This document shows, piece by piece, positions 61,501-64,000 of a stretch of DNA of 64,000 bases. Origin of the DNA: an uncultured candidate division Zixibacteria bacterium (GTDB lineage Bacteria > Zixibacteria > MSB-5A5 > GN15 > PGXB01); the NCBI GenBank assembly GCA_963702205.1, contig OY969724.1, forward strand, positions 2,976,001 to 3,040,000, written 5' to 3'. The notes beneath the pieces were generated by a model. It had not been told where the DNA came from and did not search any database. It saw nothing but the letters and a program-made list of their open reading frames with translations. How positions within the stretch are numbered: the stretch's first letter is position 1; every line of letters begins with the position of its first letter. The position numbers and the translations under genes were made by a program.

Positions 61501-61537
61501 TAAATTGACCAAAAACTGCATCCGGTTCGAGAATCAT
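58532..61537 (-). CDS. Membrane-anchored Ser/Thr protein kinase with TolB-N-like and TPR domains
   Basis: LGEGGMGEVY, VAIK, HRDIKAEN, DFGLAK and GTIAYMSPEQ; one TM; TPR repeats. Confidence 0.93.
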   Translation of the reverse strand: MILEPDAVFGQFKIIRKLGEGGMGEVYLAEDTKLNRRVAIKILLSEYFDDEDRQRFIREAKTAAQISNPNVMSIFDMDTAREEKSGKDISYIVMEYIDGPSLTEYVSSKSLSTAELLRLSEKIAAGLAAAHKLGIVHRDIKAENIKIDANGDPKILDFGLAKLFDATPSEGVVDSTNTVSQELTQEGKILGTIAYMSPEQARGETVDSRSDIFACGILLYKMFGGKSPFEASDRVSVIAKILEARPAPLRSLNESVPAELERIITKCLQKSPADRYQDTRDLVVDLRNLRRQFDSGVSDSAALTSSGITTPKFKKTWAFSTTKIVGAIIIILAIILAIFKIDQSPSSDGANALHARENALAILGFDNNTGDKDLNWLQAGLSDMLQTGLSQGSSANIISRNRILDKLDNPPKNPEELPEQQDCLKAAKSLGASKVLLGSFLKLGDQIRIDARVEDIETGRIILAEKVTGDNPLNLVDDLTDKIAQSLNLKDVMSQNTQVSDLTSSSPKVYKEYILGMEKYYSNLFDDAIGHFKNAINEDSTFALPYLRIGMSYALQGRAKSAVPFFALAKQNEDHLAIKEQNLLDIYYEVFVNNNFTEGFINLSTFVKNYPEEKEARSFLAIFIYQSKGGGDESRKTALAHLDTVLMIDPRYQPALDRIISIYSDMNDYDKAIEYASKCKEYYPNAPTSYLYLSSFYMVKNQFDKAIDECRQLLQLQPDYLNALTRIVRANILKHDFDEAARWTEKIKSGHEDDNYRLMAYYEVVANLDNWQGNFKDAFDAMFKNLELSRAENDSSNIAENLMSIANSYRTFGQTDSALYYGQESSKWAVRFQAFSYPIFLVNLDSGRAPEARELWKKAVEYFKSSVPPDFWYISDAINKSFEAMCKADTAAMIESIKEINKMPFQSESQNDYDMGQWLVLTGHAKEGLDYLGKLIAGESLTSTAFRYIPALYYIGRAHEALGQNADAAKAYEEVLNYWGKADKKFDIIEESRQRLAKLRS

Positions 61538-63189
61538 GATTCAACCCTTTTGATGGAAATGATCGTTATATCGTCCGACTGAGGACACGTGCCCAGATAA
61601 TCGTTTATTTCATCGAGGACCTTCTCGGTCAAATGATGTGATGATTCATTTCTGTATTTGACGACCAGGTTTTGTGTCCGCTCATCGCCGAAAAGCCCAT
61701 CGTCATTTTCCGCCTCGGTAACGCCGTCGGTAAAAATGAACAGCAGGTCTCCAATTTTCATCGGCCGCGACTCGATTTCCCAGCCGTCGAATTCGAAAGC
61801 CCCGATCATGATACCCGACGCCCCCAGCTGTTCCATGCTGCCGTCGGTATGAATCAGGTACGGTGGATTGTGACCGGCGTTGACGAATTGCAGGGTGTTT
61901 TGTTTGTTGTCCAGCACCCCGATAAACAGCGTCGCGAACAGGCCGGGAGCGCTGTGCTTGAGCATCTGATTCGAGACTCTGACTACCAGGTCCTTCAGAT
62001 CGATCTTCTCCGACGCATACAAAATCCTGAACGACGCCAGAATATTCGACATCAGCAAAGCCGCCCCCAGGCCTTTACCCGAGACGTCGGCCAGTAAAAA
62101 CAACAGCCTCCCGTCGGGCAACAGAGCTATATCGTACAGGTCTCCCCCGACCGAATACGATTGCTCCTGGTACGAGTAAATGTCATACCCGCCATATTGA
62201 GGAGGCTCTTTGATTATCAGATTTTTCTGGATTTGGGCGGCCCGTGCCAGTTCGGCGTCCATAATCTGTTTTTTGTGCCTTTCGTCGAGCAGTTCATAAT
62301 TTAATAAACGCGATGCGATAATATTCCCGAACGTAGCCATTATGCGAAGATGATTTTCATCATACCGATGTGCCGGATTGGTCGTGTCCGCGTACAGAAT
62401 CCCCAGTACTTTTCCTTCATCGAACAACGGCACGGCTATGGCCGACTTTAATTCAGAAAGAATTATCGACTGCTGCTGCGCGAAACGCGGGTCGTTCAGA
62501 GGGTCGCCGATGACAATGGAATTCTTCTGCGTCATGATTTCACTGACGATCGTGCTCGAAAGCCGAAACGCACCCGGGTCTTTTATTCCCTTGAGAAGTG
62601 TCGCCTCGGCCCGCACGTCCTGCCCGTCATCGGACACGAACAGAACCGCCAACCTTTCGGCGGGAATCGCCCCGGCTACTATTTCCAGCGATTTTTTAAG
62701 CATCATCTCGCGGGATTCATCCAGGACCAGCATCTTGGCCATATCGAACATGGTCCCCAGCAGATCCTGCCGGGCGGACACCCCGCTGGTCAACGGCCTT
62801 AAGGCGTCATTTATCGATAAAAACCGCGATTTTAAAAGCTCTTCATCGGCCAGCTTACTGGTCGAAATGGCCGGGCGCGTAACCGCACCGGCACCGTCCG
62901 AGGCCGCGATCTTGAATTCTGTCTGTCCGAACAACACCTTATCGCCGGCTCTGATATCGACCGGGTCAGTAACTTTCTTGCCGTTGACAAATGTCCCGTT
63001 GTGGCTCCCCAGATCGGACAAAACCAGTTTGCTGTCCGCGCCGACCCTGATTTTGGCGTGTTGTCGCGATACCGTCCGGTGGGGGACACAGAAATCGCAT
63101 TCTGATTTGCGGCCGATTAAATATTCACCGGGGTCCAGTGCCCACGAATAAAATTGCCGCCCGTCAGTTCCGCTAAGCTTAAGAGACAT
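61534..63189 (-). CDS. FHA-GAF-PP2C (SpoIIE-type) protein phosphatase
   Basis: FHA (IGR, VSRQHA, SHNGTFVNG), GAF, and PP2C (VGGDLYD, ADVSGKG, FTDGVTE, DDIT). Confidence 0.92.
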   Translation of the reverse strand: MSLKLSGTDGRQFYSWALDPGEYLIGRKSECDFCVPHRTVSRQHAKIRVGADSKLVLSDLGSHNGTFVNGKKVTDPVDIRAGDKVLFGQTEFKIAASDGAGAVTRPAISTSKLADEELLKSRFLSINDALRPLTSGVSARQDLLGTMFDMAKMLVLDESREMMLKKSLEIVAGAIPAERLAVLFVSDDGQDVRAEATLLKGIKDPGAFRLSSTIVSEIMTQKNSIVIGDPLNDPRFAQQQSIILSELKSAIAVPLFDEGKVLGILYADTTNPAHRYDENHLRIMATFGNIIASRLLNYELLDERHKKQIMDAELARAAQIQKNLIIKEPPQYGGYDIYSYQEQSYSVGGDLYDIALLPDGRLLFLLADVSGKGLGAALLMSNILASFRILYASEKIDLKDLVVRVSNQMLKHSAPGLFATLFIGVLDNKQNTLQFVNAGHNPPYLIHTDGSMEQLGASGIMIGAFEFDGWEIESRPMKIGDLLFIFTDGVTEAENDDGLFGDERTQNLVVKYRNESSHHLTEKVLDEINDYLGTCPQSDDITIISIKRVES

Positions 63190-63545
63190 GTTTTTCCAAT
63201 TTTCGCCGGGGTTTTAATTATATGTGTCTGGCAATTTTAACCCAAAATTCGCCAAACATCAACATATTTTTATACTTCAGAGAATCTCCTTTATTCATGA
63301 TTCGTGCTAATCATTCAGGAAAAATGGAACCCGCACCTAATTTCATTGACATCTCAGACGATTCTTTTATATTATTACTATTGATTGAAACGCAATTACT
63401 TACGGATAGGTATTTCAATCGACTTTACGCGTTGCCAATTCATATTATACGGGACCGTTGTGCCCAGGAGGAAGATTTTTGTCATATAACTTCCTACCGG
63501 CTAAAGACATACGCTATTTTATCGACATATGAGTATAGGCGAGAT

Positions 63546-64000
63546 ATGAAAATAACCTGGCTTTCAACCCTTTGTATGCTCCTTCTGGCGGTCGGACTAT
63601 CGGCTCAAACCCCGAATATTCACATTGATGCCACCGCCGCACCTCTTACTATTCCCCCCGATACTATCTGGACCGGCGAAGATTTCGTTTTATCCATAAA
63701 CATGCAAAATACCAGTGGAGAGTACTGTATCGGATACAGCATGAGCTACAGCCTGTACAGCCCGGACAGTATAACTTCAATAGTCTATCGCAGCATCGGC
63801 GGAAATACCGGAAATCCGGCCTTCAAGCTTTTAAATCATTTTGAGCAGGGTTTTGACAGCTACTGGCTCTTCAATCAACTTTTCCAGCTGAATCTCGACG
63901 GCATCCTGCCGGATACTTTTAATCATTCCACGGTGGGCACACCACCCAACAGCGGCTGGCCGCCCACTGATACCGACCGCCTGGCACGGCTCAATGTGGG
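63546..64000 (+). CDS. Secreted protein, 3' partial
   Basis: ATG 63546 after GGCGAG; signal peptide MKITWLSTLCMLLLAVGLSA; frame stays open to the window end. Confidence 0.75.
   Translation, partial: MKITWLSTLCMLLLAVGLSAQTPNIHIDATAAPLTIPPDTIWTGEDFVLSINMQNTSGEYCIGYSMSYSLYSPDSITSIVYRSIGGNTGNPAFKLLNHFEQGFDSYWLFNQLFQLNLDGILPDTFNHSTVGTPPNSGWPPTDTDRLARLNV

Noticed and set aside
1..64000. CRISPR arrays, tRNA/rRNA genes, transposases, integrases, prophage or defence genes
   Set aside because: No regularly spaced repeats or recognisable motifs were seen by eye; tRNAscan, Infernal and HMM searches would be needed to exclude them fully

Overview
Bacterial chromosomal window with four blocks. (1) 1-13.6 kb is a dissimilatory sulfur-metabolism locus: a CoA-disulfide/persulfide reductase-rhodanese C-terminus, tetrapyrrole/siroheme genes (hemA, sirC-like, cobA-hemD), a ferritin-like gene, a sulfate-exporter-family transporter, and a stand-alone qmoC divergent from sat-aprB-aprA. 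Four Rex/CRP-type 18-bp boxes lie between qmoC and sat, and three uncharacterised genes follow aprA. qmoAB and dsr genes are not in the window. (2) 13.6-43.4 kb is an exopolysaccharide/surface-glycan cluster: Wzz/GumC, NadE-like, ACP, AsnB, GNATs, a deacetylase, glycosyltransferases, a CapK-like ligase, Wzx, an O-antigen ligase/Wzy, rfbBADC, DUF362 and a large FN3/beta-helix secreted protein. It holds at least four deletion relics. (3) 43.5-46.7 kb is an oxidative-stress cluster. (4) 46.7-64 kb holds mixed genes, including cysK-Rrf2, peptidases and a Ser/Thr kinase-PP2C pair. The best unannotated element is at 48642-48993 (minus strand): a sigma54-type promoter with putative enhancer palindromes and an IHF-like site, ahead of a ~180-nt multi-hairpin, terminator-bounded candidate sRNA. 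Several intact-looking genes (aprA, YkgJ, deacetylase, rubrerythrin-like, sulfate exporter) carry single-base lesions, mostly beside GTAC or CCWGG motifs or in homopolymers, so these are probably sequencing artefacts. The host is inferred, not proven, to be an FCB-related anaerobe such as candidate Zixibacteria. No rRNA, tRNA, CRISPR array or transposase was recognised.
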